From an uncultured Bacilli bacterium (GTDB taxonomy: Bacteria > Bacillota_I > Bacilli_A > RF39 > UBA660): a DNA stretch of 64,000 bases. The notes under the pieces were generated by a model. The model was not told the origin of the DNA. It worked only from the letters and a program-made list of their open reading frames with translations, and did not search any database. The translations under genes were made by a program, and so were the position numbers. Positions 40,911 through 51,026 of this stretch are shown piece after piece; position 1 is the stretch's first letter; each line of letters begins with the position of its first letter. The DNA lies in assembly GCA_948999435.1 (NCBI GenBank), contig CARJCM010000001.1, positions 27-64,026 of the forward strand, in the 5' to 3' direction.

Positions 40911-42226
40911 AATTTTTAGCCATATTAACAGGAAAATTAATTATAATCGCAGGAAATATAATGAAACGTGGGTCTTCACTTCCAGGAAAGATAGCTTTGA
41001 AAATAGATAAAAATCTTTTAAGCAAATTAAAATATCCTGATATAAGAATTGCAGTTACTGGTTCTTCAGGCAAGGGAAGTACATCTAGTTTAATTGCCAA
41101 AGTATTAAAAGATAATGGATATAAAGTTAGCTATAATGATATGGGTTCTAACTTGACATGGGGGTGTACTACCAGTTTTTTACGCAAAAGTAGTTTAACA
41201 GGCAAGATTAAAGCTGATGTTCTTATTATTGAAATAGATGAAAGAGATACAAAAGAAATGTTTCCAAATTTACATCCAACGCATATAGTTATAACGAATT
41301 TAACCAAAGACCAACCACCACGTCAACATCATGTCGATAATGTATATAAAGATATTTTAAAGGGAATAACTCCAAATTCTAAAATAGTAACCAATATAGA
41401 TGAACCATATTTAAGAAGCTTTGAGCGTGATACTAAAAATGAGATGATATATTTTAGTTTAGAAAAAAACAAATATAGTTACAAGAACCAAATATTTGAA
41501 AACTTAAATACATATTATTGTCCTTATTGTAAAGGAAAGTTAGAATATGAATATTATAATTTTGAAACTTTAGGCAAATATAATTGTACGAAATGTGATT
41601 TTAGAAATAAAAATGCTAAAGTTATAGGAAGTAATTTAGATTTAGAAAACGAGACACTTGAGATAAATACCAATAAATTAAACATAGGTGGTAACTTTTT
41701 ATATCACGCATACAACACTCTTGCTAGTTTTACAGCATTAAAAAATGTAGGGTTAGAAGAAGATAAAATAATAAAGTCCATCAATAAATTTAATGATTAT
41801 AGTACATATAGTTATGAAAAAAATGATAAAGTATACTTTCCTATGTCATGTAAGGCTGAGAATGCTACTACATATAATGGAGCAATCTTTAAAACAATAA
41901 TGAATAAAGAAAAGAAAGATATAATTATCGGCTGGAAAGAAATATCACGTCGCTATGCTCATTTTGATGTTTCCTGGTTATATGATATAGAGTTTGAATT
42001 ATTAAATAATGAATCTTTAAATAAAGTATATGCAGTAGGAATTGATGCTGAGAATATTAAGAAGCGACTAATCTTAGCAGGCATACCAGAAGAAAAAATT
42101 ATTATGGCTGAATCTATACCAGAAATTAAAGATATGGTTAATAAAGATGAAGTAAAATATGTATATGGTATCTTAAACTTTGATTATATTGACCCATTTA
42201 ATGAAGCATTTAAGGAGGAGCTATGA
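40907..42226 (+). CDS. murT: Lipid II isoglutaminyl synthase, Mur-ligase-like subunit MurT
   Basis: Mur ligase central-domain P-loop AVTGSSGKGSTS. Cys4 ribbon CPYCKG...CTKCDF characteristic of MurT. Start moved to MKFLAILTGK (ATG 40907). Confidence 0.8.
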   Translation: MKFLAILTGKLIIIAGNIMKRGSSLPGKIALKIDKNLLSKLKYPDIRIAVTGSSGKGSTSSLIAKVLKDNGYKVSYNDMGSNLTWGCTTSFLRKSSLTGKIKADVLIIEIDERDTKEMFPNLHPTHIVITNLTKDQPPRQHHVDNVYKDILKGITPNSKIVTNIDEPYLRSFERDTKNEMIYFSLEKNKYSYKNQIFENLNTYYCPYCKGKLEYEYYNFETLGKYNCTKCDFRNKNAKVIGSNLDLENETLEINTNKLNIGGNFLYHAYNTLASFTALKNVGLEEDKIIKSINKFNDYSTYSYEKNDKVYFPMSCKAENATTYNGAIFKTIMNKEKKDIIIGWKEISRRYAHFDVSWLYDIEFELLNNESLNKVYAVGIDAENIKKRLILAGIPEEKIIMAESIPEIKDMVNKDEVKYVYGILNFDYIDPFNEAFKEEL

Positions 42227-42825
42227 AAATAAAAATAGGACACTTATATCCATACGAACTAACTTTATATGGTGAAAATGGCAATTTAAAAGCTTTAAAA
42301 TATGCTTTAGAACAAAAAGATATCGAAGTAGAAATAACAAGTATAAATAAAGAAGATAACTTTGATATCAAAGCCTATGATTTTGTATATATAGGAAGTG
42401 GTAGACCTGAATTTTTAGAAGAAATAAAAGAGAGATTAGAGCCGTATAAAAAAGATATTAAGGATTATATTAATAAAGACAAGGTATTACTAGCAACTGG
42501 TAACAGTATTGCTATATTAGAATTATTAAGGTTATATGAAATTGAATATTATGATAAAAGAAAAGTATCAGATATTGAAGGAACAACATCATTATGTAAT
42601 GGTAAAATTTATGGTTTTCAAAATACTGAATATCTAATAAAGACTACTAAAAATATCTTATTTAGTTTAGAAAAGGGATACGGTAACAATGAAACTTGTA
42701 TGGAAGGCTATAAGAAAAATAACTTTTATGCAACTTCGATAATTGGTCCCATACTAGCTAGAAATGATAATTTAACAAGTTATTTAGTAGATACATTAAT
42801 AAAAAATAAAAAAGAAGAAGAATAG
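42223..42825 (+). CDS. gatD: Lipid II isoglutaminyl synthase glutaminase subunit GatD (CobB/CobQ-like GATase)
   Basis: 200 aa, 4-nt overlap with murT. Confidence 0.7.
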   Translation: MKIKIGHLYPYELTLYGENGNLKALKYALEQKDIEVEITSINKEDNFDIKAYDFVYIGSGRPEFLEEIKERLEPYKKDIKDYINKDKVLLATGNSIAILELLRLYEIEYYDKRKVSDIEGTTSLCNGKIYGFQNTEYLIKTTKNILFSLEKGYGNNETCMEGYKKNNFYATSIIGPILARNDNLTSYLVDTLIKNKKEEE

Positions 42826-42854
42826 ACAAAAAGAAGCAAAGAAGGTAGTTTAAG

Positions 42855-43934
42855 ATGAAAGAAAAGAAAATAGACATCCAAGAAGAATATGAAACATTTA
42901 TCCAAAACGATGAAATGTGTGATTTTGAACAAAGTTTAGCTTGGAACAAAATAAAGACATATTGGACTAATGAACAAATAATCATTAAAAGAGATAAAGA
43001 CATAAAATTAACTATTAACGTATTAATTAGAAAAATGCCTATATTTGGTAATATAATGTATGTACCAAGAGGACCTATAGGAGACATACATAGTGAAGAA
43101 TTACTAGAAGAATTAACTACTAAGTTAAAAGAGTTAGCTAAGAAAGTAAAAGCATTTGTAGTTTTAATGGAACCAGATATAAGAGTAGATGATGAAGAAT
43201 TTAAAACCATCGCTAAAAAATTAGGATATAAAATAAAAAGTAATAGTAAAAGTTTTAGAGATGAGATACAAGCAAGACACAATTTAAGATTAAATTTAAA
43301 AAATCGAACTGAAGAAGAAGTATTTGAAAGTTTTGCTTCTAAGACCAGATATAATATCCGTTTATCAATGAAAAAAGGCGTAGAAATAAAAGAATTAGGC
43401 AAAGATGGAATTGAAGAATTTTATGAATTATTAAAAACAACAGGTAATAGAGATGGATTTATAATAAGACCAATTGAATATTACAAAGATTTATTTAATT
43501 ATTTTGATGGCTTAACAATATTAATCGCCTATTATGAATCTACACCAATCGCTGGAATAATGCCGCTTACATATGGTAATAAAACATGGTATTTATATGG
43601 AGCAAGTAGTAATATGCATCGTAATGTGATGTCAACATATTTATTACAATGGGAAGCTATAAAAATAGCGATGAAAAAGAATTCTATTCTATATGATTTT
43701 AAAGGATTCTCATTTAAAGATGGTAAACCAGATGGCTTATATAGATTTAAAAGTGGCTTTGGTACTGAGTTGGTTGAACTTATAGGAGAAGTTAATTTAG
43801 AGATTAAACCATTAAAATATCGTTTATTTAAAACTAGTAAAAAATTATATACAACACTTAGAGGTTTAAAGCATACTCATAAAGTAAAAAAAGAAGAACA
43901 AAAGGAAAAAATTTTACAAAAAGAAGAAAAATAA
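42855..43934 (+). CDS. FemAB-family peptidyl/aminoacyl transferase (peptidoglycan cross-bridge formation)
   Basis: GNAT-like FemAB signature ...WYLYGASSNMHRNVMSTYLLQWEAIKIAMK... Confidence 0.65.
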   Translation: MKEKKIDIQEEYETFIQNDEMCDFEQSLAWNKIKTYWTNEQIIIKRDKDIKLTINVLIRKMPIFGNIMYVPRGPIGDIHSEELLEELTTKLKELAKKVKAFVVLMEPDIRVDDEEFKTIAKKLGYKIKSNSKSFRDEIQARHNLRLNLKNRTEEEVFESFASKTRYNIRLSMKKGVEIKELGKDGIEEFYELLKTTGNRDGFIIRPIEYYKDLFNYFDGLTILIAYYESTPIAGIMPLTYGNKTWYLYGASSNMHRNVMSTYLLQWEAIKIAMKKNSILYDFKGFSFKDGKPDGLYRFKSGFGTELVELIGEVNLEIKPLKYRLFKTSKKLYTTLRGLKHTHKVKKEEQKEKILQKEEK

Positions 43935-44029
43935 GCATAACATATAATTGTAATATAACATTATAAAGACTAAGAAAATAGACAATAGCAAAGTCATTAA
44001 AAATGCCACTTAATATAATATATTAGGAG

Positions 44030-45226
44030 GTGTTTTTTATTAAAAGAATAAGTCTAATAATTATATCTATATTAACATTTTTAAGCTTTTCTTCAAAAGT
44101 AAAAGCAATTGAAGGAATAGATGTCAGTGAATTCCAAGGTAATATTAACTTTAAAGAAGTAAAAGACTATGGAATAGAAATAGTATATATAAGAAGTAGT
44201 GCTAGTCATTCTTACATTGATGCTAAATTTGAAGAAAACTACCAAAAAGCCAAAGAAAACAATTTAAAAATAGGCTTTTATCATTATGTAACGGCAAGAA
44301 ATATAGAAGAGGCTCAAGAACAAGCGAGATTTTTTGCAACAGTTATCAAAGGAAAAGAAGCAGATTGTCGATTAGCAATGGATTTTGAAACCTTTAGAGG
44401 TTTAACAAAAGAAGAAATAAATAGTATAGCAAAGTCATTTTTAGAAGAATTAAAAAGACTAACCGAAAAAGATTTAGTAATATATAGTGATGCTTATAAT
44501 GCCAAATATACATTTGAAGAGTCATTATTTGAAGAATATCCATTATGGCTAGCCGAATATGGAGTTAAGGAACCTGAAGCAAAAAACTTTATTGGTTGGC
44601 AATATACAGATAAGGGGATTATTCCAGGTATTAAGGGTTATGTAGATAGAGATATTTTTAAAAATGAAATTTATTTAGAGAATAGTAGTGCTATAAAAGA
44701 GCCAGAATTAAAACCAGAAGAAAAGAAAAAAACAATATATTATCGGGTTAAATTTGGTGATACATTATATCATATAGCTAAAGAATATAATATAACAATT
44801 AATGATTTAATAGTAGAAAATAATATAAAAAATCCTAATTTAATATTTCCAAATGAAGTATTAAAGATAAATACTGATATTGAAAAACAAGTTATAAAAA
44901 GTGGAAATAATGACAATTACATTGTAAAAATAGGAGACACATTAACAAGAATAGCAAATATTTTTCATGTAACAATAAGCAATTTAGTTAGTTGGAATGA
45001 TATAAAAAATCCCAATTTGATATATCCAAATGAAAGATTAGAAATAAAACCTACCAATAATAATCATTTAATAAAATATGTAGTAAAAAAAGGTGATACA
45101 TTATCATTAATAGCAAGCTACTATCGCACATCAGTATTTGAATTAGTATTAATAAATAAAATAAAAGATAAGAATCAAATCAAAGTAGGAGAAGTATTAT
45201 ATATTCCAGAAACATATTTATATTAA
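44030..45226 (+). CDS. GH25 muramidase (lysozyme) with signal peptide and three C-terminal LysM domains
   Basis: GIDVSEFQGNINFKEVK...GFYHY GH25 motifs. Three repeats of the ...GDTL..IA..Y...I..L...N.I.NPN.I.P...L.I LysM pattern. Confidence 0.8.
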   Translation: MFFIKRISLIIISILTFLSFSSKVKAIEGIDVSEFQGNINFKEVKDYGIEIVYIRSSASHSYIDAKFEENYQKAKENNLKIGFYHYVTARNIEEAQEQARFFATVIKGKEADCRLAMDFETFRGLTKEEINSIAKSFLEELKRLTEKDLVIYSDAYNAKYTFEESLFEEYPLWLAEYGVKEPEAKNFIGWQYTDKGIIPGIKGYVDRDIFKNEIYLENSSAIKEPELKPEEKKKTIYYRVKFGDTLYHIAKEYNITINDLIVENNIKNPNLIFPNEVLKINTDIEKQVIKSGNNDNYIVKIGDTLTRIANIFHVTISNLVSWNDIKNPNLIYPNERLEIKPTNNNHLIKYVVKKGDTLSLIASYYRTSVFELVLINKIKDKNQIKVGEVLYIPETYLY

Positions 45227-45232
45227 AATTAA

Positions 45233-45270
45233 AAAACTAGCAATCTAAATTATTTGCTAGCTTTCTTTTT
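45233..45270. terminator. Hairpin terminator (CTAGCAA-loop-TTGCTAG + T-rich)
   Basis: Seen downstream of the muramidase gene. Confidence 0.55.
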
Positions 45271-45563
45271 ATCTAAATTTTTGTTAATAAATCTTACTTT
45301 AACGCCTTTAACTTTACCAAATTGTTTTTTTACTCCATCTGGTAAATTCTTTTTTATAGTTTTCAAAAACTCCACCTCACTCATCCCCTTAATTATAGCA
45401 CTAATTAATAAAAAAATACATAAAAAGTCGAAAAAAGAAGCTAAAAAATAAAATTAACAATTAAGAAATTAAAATAATAAAAAATATTTATAAACTTTTA
45501 ACCATTCTAAAAGATATTGTCAAGACCAAAAACCCATGATAAAATATATATAAATAATAGATA

Positions 45564-48500
45564 ATGATAATCTATATTAGTGAGAGGAAGAGTGTAATGG
45601 ATATTAATAAGATTTTGAGTTTTAGTAAAATTCTAAAATCGAGAATTTTTTATGTAATGTGTGGGGTAATATTTTTAATAGGAATACTGATATATTTTAG
45701 TCATCCTACAAGGAGTTATGCCCTACCAGAGACAGTATTAGTTGATAGAGGCAATGTCTCTGAACAAGTTTTATACTTATCGGATATAACTTATAATAAA
45801 GCACAGGTAGGTTGGGGAACAGTATCTCTTGATAAAACCCAATCAAATACACCATTAATATTAAAGTTAAATGGTTATTCCACAACGTTTAAAAAAGGAA
45901 TATGGGCTCATGCCACCTCAACTGTAGAATATGATATTAGTGAATATAAAGATTATGCATATTTTACGACATATTATGGTTTAAATACTACTGCTGGTAA
46001 TACTGGTAATGGTGTCAAATTTTATATTTATACTTCTGTAGATGGTAAAGAATGGACATTACAAACTGAAGAAAATCCTGATGCTAAAAAAGGTGTAAGC
46101 AATGCTTCTTATGCTAAGATAGACATTAGAGGAGTAAATTATATAAGATTATATGCTCATGATAATGGTTCTAATGCTTCAGACCATGCTGTATGGGGAG
46201 ATAGTAAATTAATCAAAGAAGGTTATAGTGATGATATAACTATACCAGTAAGCGAATTTGATAAAGCAATAAAAGCTAATTATACATCAGGAGCAATAGA
46301 AGATAATTTAAAACTTACATTATTACAAAGAAACTTTATTGATAGAGTAGGACAATTTCAATTAAGAACTTTTGTAGATGCAGACCCTAGAAATATGGAA
46401 ACATTAAAATGGTTCATATATAATGAAGAGGCTTTAAGATTATGGACAGTCGGTGGAAACCCTAATGGTACATATGCTAATTCATTACAAGTACTTAGTA
46501 ATTTATATCATGCGCACAAAGAAGACTTAGAAAATGAAGGTGTAACAGCCAATGGTACTAAATATAAAGATTTATATTTAAGAATGATGTTATCTTTATC
46601 ATTAACTCATTCTTCAAATGTATGTTTATGGATAAATGGAAGTCAATGTTCCAATGCTGTAACTCGATATGAAATATATAAAGATATGCATTTAAACAAT
46701 AAGTTAATGTCAAATTCAATGTTTGAAAGTTATACTGTTGAAGAAATGCGTTGGTTAATGCATAACAACATAGATGATGAAGAAATCAAATGGTTAAGAG
46801 ATTACTCAGCCAAAAGATATCCCAATACAACAGATAGATTTAATCCATATAAATATATAACTTATACCTTTGGATATAGTTATTACAGACCACAATATTA
46901 TAGTCAAGAAAACTATGCTAAATGGGACCAAAAATACAATTTATCAGATTACAATATAACATATAAATCAGGCAATCCAAAGTTATGGATAGTATTTGAA
47001 GAAGGAGCTGTTTGTGGTGGACTTTCAAAAACAGCAGCCAATTTATATGGTGTATGGGGTGTGCCTGCGAGTGTTGTAGGTCAACCTGCTCATGCAGCTT
47101 ATATATATTATTATAATGTTGGTGGCAAAGGAGCTTGGCAATTAGCATACAATGTCGCAGAAACTGCATGGGCTAATACCCAAGGATATTCAAGAATGCC
47201 TAATGACTGGGGAAATCTCAGTAGTGGAATTGTAACAAATACAGGTACAATAAAATCAGCTTCATATTTCTTCTTATCACAAGAAGCTCAAAATGAATAT
47301 GACAAATATGAAAAAGCAGAATTAATAATGATGCTTGAAAGAGTATATAAAGATGATAGTAAGAAGTTAGAAAGAATATATCGTGATACTTTAAAAGAAG
47401 AAATTATAAACTGGGATGCATGGTTAGGGTTAGTAAATTTATATATAAAAGATGGAACTAAAACTGAGGAAGAGTTAATCAGTTTAGCGGAAGAAATAAG
47501 TGCAGTTTATACATATAATCCGCTTCCTATGTATGATTTAACTCGTAGAATCGGACTTAAGATTACATCACCAGAGTATAAAAGTAAATTAATGCTTTTA
47601 CAAAATAAAACTTTACGACAAGCTACAAAAGCAACTGGAGCAAATACATTACAATATAAAGAAGTACCAGTTGTAGCTCAAGCTTTATTAGGTGAGATAA
47701 ATTCTGATATAGCAACATTCTCATTTAGTGGATCATCAGCTAATAAAATTACATTATCAAAACAATTACAAAGTTCACAAGTTAATTGGAGTTATAGTTT
47801 AGATGGAGGTAATACATGGAAAGATGTATATGAACACTCAGTAGAACTAACTCCAGAGGAAGTAGCAAGTATAACAGTAAATAATGATATTAAAGTTCAT
47901 ATTTCAGGTTTACCAATGACTGATGCTAATATTTATACCATAGATATTACTAAAAGGTCATTCCCAACTGGTTTAATTTCTATCAATGATGAAGAAGATA
48001 GAATGATTGGTGTAACTGATGAAATGGAATGGACGCTAAATCCAGCAGATGGATGGAATTCATTTGCTAATACAAATCCAATATTTAGTGGCAATAAAAG
48101 AGTTTATGTAAGAGTAATAGCAAAAGGAACACAAATAGCAAGTGACCCTGTATATTACACATTTAAAGAAAACAACACTAATGATGAAAAATGGTATATT
48201 CAATCTAAATATTTAAGCATTCATGAAGTAAATGCTACTCAAACAGGAAAAGTAGAAAACATGTTAGACGGTAATGTAAATACTTCTTGGCAATCTAAAC
48301 ATGGAATAATGCCAGCATATGTTACAATAAAATTAGACCAACCAAGATACATCTCAGGTCTAGATTATATTCCAGATAAAAATGCTAAGTATATTACTTT
48401 TGTTCCATATGGTCGTGCTAGAAATGTTAAAATTTATGTTAGTATGGATAATCAAAATTGGGAACTAGCTGCCACAAAGAATAATTTAGGAGATAATGAT

Positions 48501-50447
48501 AATCTAAAACATATAGAATTCCCAGTCGCTAAAAAAGCTTTATATGTAAAATTCGAATGCCAAAGTGCTTATGACAGTGAGATTATTGCTTTAGCTGTAT
48601 CGGTTATAAAACTATATGAAAACGTTTTAGTAAATGATACACCAAGAGCAGATGTTAACTATAACATTGTAAATCCAACTAACAAAGATGTTGTCGCTGA
48701 ATTAGTTAATCCTATTAGACCAATAACCGTAACTAATAATGATGGTAAAATGACTCATACATTTACGGAAAATGGCGAGTTTACATTTGAATATGTTGAC
48801 GATAATGGTAATAAAGGAAGTACAACAGCAAAAGTAACATGGATAGATAAAACTGCACCAAAATTAGATGTAACATTTAATACAACAACTATTACTAATG
48901 AAGAAGTTGTAGCAACACTGAAATTTGATAAAAATGTAACAATATTATCAAAAGATGTTCAAATAGCAACCAATCCTGTAGATAATAGTAAGACAATAAC
49001 TTTCTTAGAAAATGATACAATTGAATTAGAGTTTATGGATGATTTAGGAAATATAGGTAAGAAAACTATTTCTGTTAATTGGATAGATAAAACAGCCCCT
49101 ACAGCTGAAGTAGAATATAGTACAATTCATTTAACAGATAAAGCAGTTACAGCCAAATTAAAACCAAGTGAACCAATAACAATTACTAATAATGGTGGTA
49201 GTGATGAATATGTATTTAATGATAATGGCGAATTTACTTTTGAATTTGTTGATAGAGCAGGTAATACTGGTTCGGTAAAAGCGATAGTAACATGGATAGC
49301 AAGAGTACCACATTATGAATTAAAATATTCAACAACTAATCCAACCAGAGATAATGTTGAAGTAACACTAACCCTTGAAGATGGATTTAGAATAGTAAAT
49401 AATGATGCTAATAATAAATATACATTCACTGAAAATGGCACATTTGGCTTCCAATATTTAGATAGTCGAGGTAATGTTGGTCAAATTGAAGCTACAGTAA
49501 CATGGATAGATAGAGTTGCTCCTACTGCCGAATTAAAATACGACAAGACAAAAGACAAAGTAACAGTCACTGTAATAAATCCAAGTGAAGAAATAACATT
49601 TAAAGAAGGTAATGGCGTTTATGAATTCACAGAAAATGGAACTTATGAAATAATCTTCTATGACAAAGTAGGAAATGAAGGAAAAGTTACAGCTATTATC
49701 GATACTATTGGTATAGATGATATCAAACCAGATGTTCCAGAAAAACCTGAAGAACCAGATAAGCCTGATATTCCAGACAATCCTGGTGAAACAGAGAAAC
49801 CAGACGACAAACCTAATACTGATAAACCAAATGAAGGAAATAAACCTGAAAACCCTGATACACCAAATATTCCAAATGAACCTAATAAGCCAGGAAACTC
49901 TGGTAATAATAACAAGCCAAATGATAAACCTGATATAGAAAAACCAGATGATAGTGAATATAAAAACTATACAACAGATAAAGTTGATGTAAAAATCCCA
50001 TCAAATGCAATTAAAGAAGATGGTAAACTAAGTGCTAATGGTTTTGAATTAGATGAAAACTTAAAATATAGCTTTGGTGATTTAAGTGAATATTATGATA
50101 TCTATTTAGAAAATGACAAATATGAAAGAATAGATGTTAATGCAACAAGTCCAATCAAAATAAATATAAAAATAGATAATAATAAAGACTTTATTGGTGT
50201 ATATGAAATAACAGAAGATAATATAATAAAACCTGTTGATTATGTAAAAGATGGCGAAAACATTGAAATATCAGCTAAAAACTTAGGTAAGTTTGTAGTA
50301 TCATACAAGAAGTTAAGCACTGGCAATCCTATACATAATTCTAACAAAGTAACTAGAAAAAATAATTATATTATTTGGATAATGACAGCTATAATGACAA
50401 TACTTATAGGATTATCAGTATATGTATTCAAAAAGAAAAATAAATAA
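45564..50447 (+). CDS. Giant (1627 aa) membrane-anchored multidomain surface protein: NPCBM-like module + putative transglutaminase-like Cys-protease core + F5/8 type C (discoidin) domain + ~6 Ig-like repeats + Pro-rich linker + C-terminal TM anchor
   Basis: N-terminal TM/signal. GWGTVSLDKTQSN...GIWAHATS NPCBM-like. GAVCGG...GVPASVVGQPAHAAYIYY transglutaminase-like. ...MLDGNVNTSWQSK... discoidin. Repeats ...TENGEFTFEYVDDNGN...VTWIDKTAP. PEKPEEPDKPD linker. Terminal IIWIMTAIMTILIGLSVYVFKKK. Confidence 0.7.
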   Translation: MIIYISERKSVMDINKILSFSKILKSRIFYVMCGVIFLIGILIYFSHPTRSYALPETVLVDRGNVSEQVLYLSDITYNKAQVGWGTVSLDKTQSNTPLILKLNGYSTTFKKGIWAHATSTVEYDISEYKDYAYFTTYYGLNTTAGNTGNGVKFYIYTSVDGKEWTLQTEENPDAKKGVSNASYAKIDIRGVNYIRLYAHDNGSNASDHAVWGDSKLIKEGYSDDITIPVSEFDKAIKANYTSGAIEDNLKLTLLQRNFIDRVGQFQLRTFVDADPRNMETLKWFIYNEEALRLWTVGGNPNGTYANSLQVLSNLYHAHKEDLENEGVTANGTKYKDLYLRMMLSLSLTHSSNVCLWINGSQCSNAVTRYEIYKDMHLNNKLMSNSMFESYTVEEMRWLMHNNIDDEEIKWLRDYSAKRYPNTTDRFNPYKYITYTFGYSYYRPQYYSQENYAKWDQKYNLSDYNITYKSGNPKLWIVFEEGAVCGGLSKTAANLYGVWGVPASVVGQPAHAAYIYYYNVGGKGAWQLAYNVAETAWANTQGYSRMPNDWGNLSSGIVTNTGTIKSASYFFLSQEAQNEYDKYEKAELIMMLERVYKDDSKKLERIYRDTLKEEIINWDAWLGLVNLYIKDGTKTEEELISLAEEISAVYTYNPLPMYDLTRRIGLKITSPEYKSKLMLLQNKTLRQATKATGANTLQYKEVPVVAQALLGEINSDIATFSFSGSSANKITLSKQLQSSQVNWSYSLDGGNTWKDVYEHSVELTPEEVASITVNNDIKVHISGLPMTDANIYTIDITKRSFPTGLISINDEEDRMIGVTDEMEWTLNPADGWNSFANTNPIFSGNKRVYVRVIAKGTQIASDPVYYTFKENNTNDEKWYIQSKYLSIHEVNATQTGKVENMLDGNVNTSWQSKHGIMPAYVTIKLDQPRYISGLDYIPDKNAKYITFVPYGRARNVKIYVSMDNQNWELAATKNNLGDNDNLKHIEFPVAKKALYVKFECQSAYDSEIIALAVSVIKLYENVLVNDTPRADVNYNIVNPTNKDVVAELVNPIRPITVTNNDGKMTHTFTENGEFTFEYVDDNGNKGSTTAKVTWIDKTAPKLDVTFNTTTITNEEVVATLKFDKNVTILSKDVQIATNPVDNSKTITFLENDTIELEFMDDLGNIGKKTISVNWIDKTAPTAEVEYSTIHLTDKAVTAKLKPSEPITITNNGGSDEYVFNDNGEFTFEFVDRAGNTGSVKAIVTWIARVPHYELKYSTTNPTRDNVEVTLTLEDGFRIVNNDANNKYTFTENGTFGFQYLDSRGNVGQIEATVTWIDRVAPTAELKYDKTKDKVTVTVINPSEEITFKEGNGVYEFTENGTYEIIFYDKVGNEGKVTAIIDTIGIDDIKPDVPEKPEEPDKPDIPDNPGETEKPDDKPNTDKPNEGNKPENPDTPNIPNEPNKPGNSGNNNKPNDKPDIEKPDDSEYKNYTTDKVDVKIPSNAIKEDGKLSANGFELDENLKYSFGDLSEYYDIYLENDKYERIDVNATSPIKINIKIDNNKDFIGVYEITEDNIIKPVDYVKDGENIEISAKNLGKFVVSYKKLSTGNPIHNSNKVTRKNNYIIWIMTAIMTILIGLSVYVFKKKNK

Positions 50448-50455
50448 AAAAAGAA

Positions 50456-50492
50456 AAGTAGACAAGTTCAAATTACTAAGTCTACTTTTTTA
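50456..50492 (+). terminator. Terminator after the giant surface-protein gene
   Basis: AAAGTAGAC-loop-GTCTACTTTTTT. Confidence 0.7.
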
Positions 50493-50558
50493 TAAAATCA
50501 TATTAATTATTGAAATCTAGAAATAAAAAAAGATTGAAATGCAAATCAATCAATATTA

Positions 50559-50915
50559 TCACTTGCGTGCTCTAATTCTTTTATTAGGAACACAACCATT
50601 GTGAGGAACAGGAGTTTTATCTTTTATCCATCTTACATTAATGCCATTCGATTCTAAGAAATATAAATCTACTAAACCAGTCCTAAGATGACCTTTAACC
50701 TCCACTTCAATAGTATCTATTCCATATATTTTAGCACATTCACAAACCATTGTTGCAATATCCCTCTTCATTTTATCTTTTTCTTCTTTCCTAGCTTCAG
50801 TTCCAACAGAAGTAAACTCTCCGTGGGTATAACAAAGAAGTTGTTTGTCTTTAACTAGTATAGCTATAAATGATGTAAAACCACTTGTTATTCTTAAAAT
50901 TGGTAAACTATTCAT
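50559..50915 (-). CDS. Divergent ribosomal protein S11 paralog (uS11-like, N-terminally truncated)
   Basis: C-terminal ...[12 protein letters not shown]...[25 protein letters not shown] aligns with canonical S11 ...LEVTVKGPGSGRE...[23 protein letters not shown]. The N-terminal basic extension is absent. Confidence 0.6.
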   Translation of the reverse strand: [118 protein letters not shown]

Positions 50916-51026
50916 ATTTTTCTCCTTTAATATATTATTCTACACTTTATTACATAATAGTCAAGTGTCAAACCTTAAAAAGAAAAAACAATTAATTGTA
51001 AAAACATGTTATAATAAATAATAGGA

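Noticed and set aside
45254-45451. 65-aa + strand ORF after the muramidase gene
   Set aside because: Low-complexity, lysine-rich tail. Begins inside a terminator hairpin and has no RBS. A reverse-strand micro-ORF explains the region better (reported separately, low confidence).
49658-49938. ORFs on both strands within 49658..49938
   Set aside because: Fall in the proline-rich (PEKPEEPDKPD) repeat region of the giant surface protein. Repeat-induced frames.
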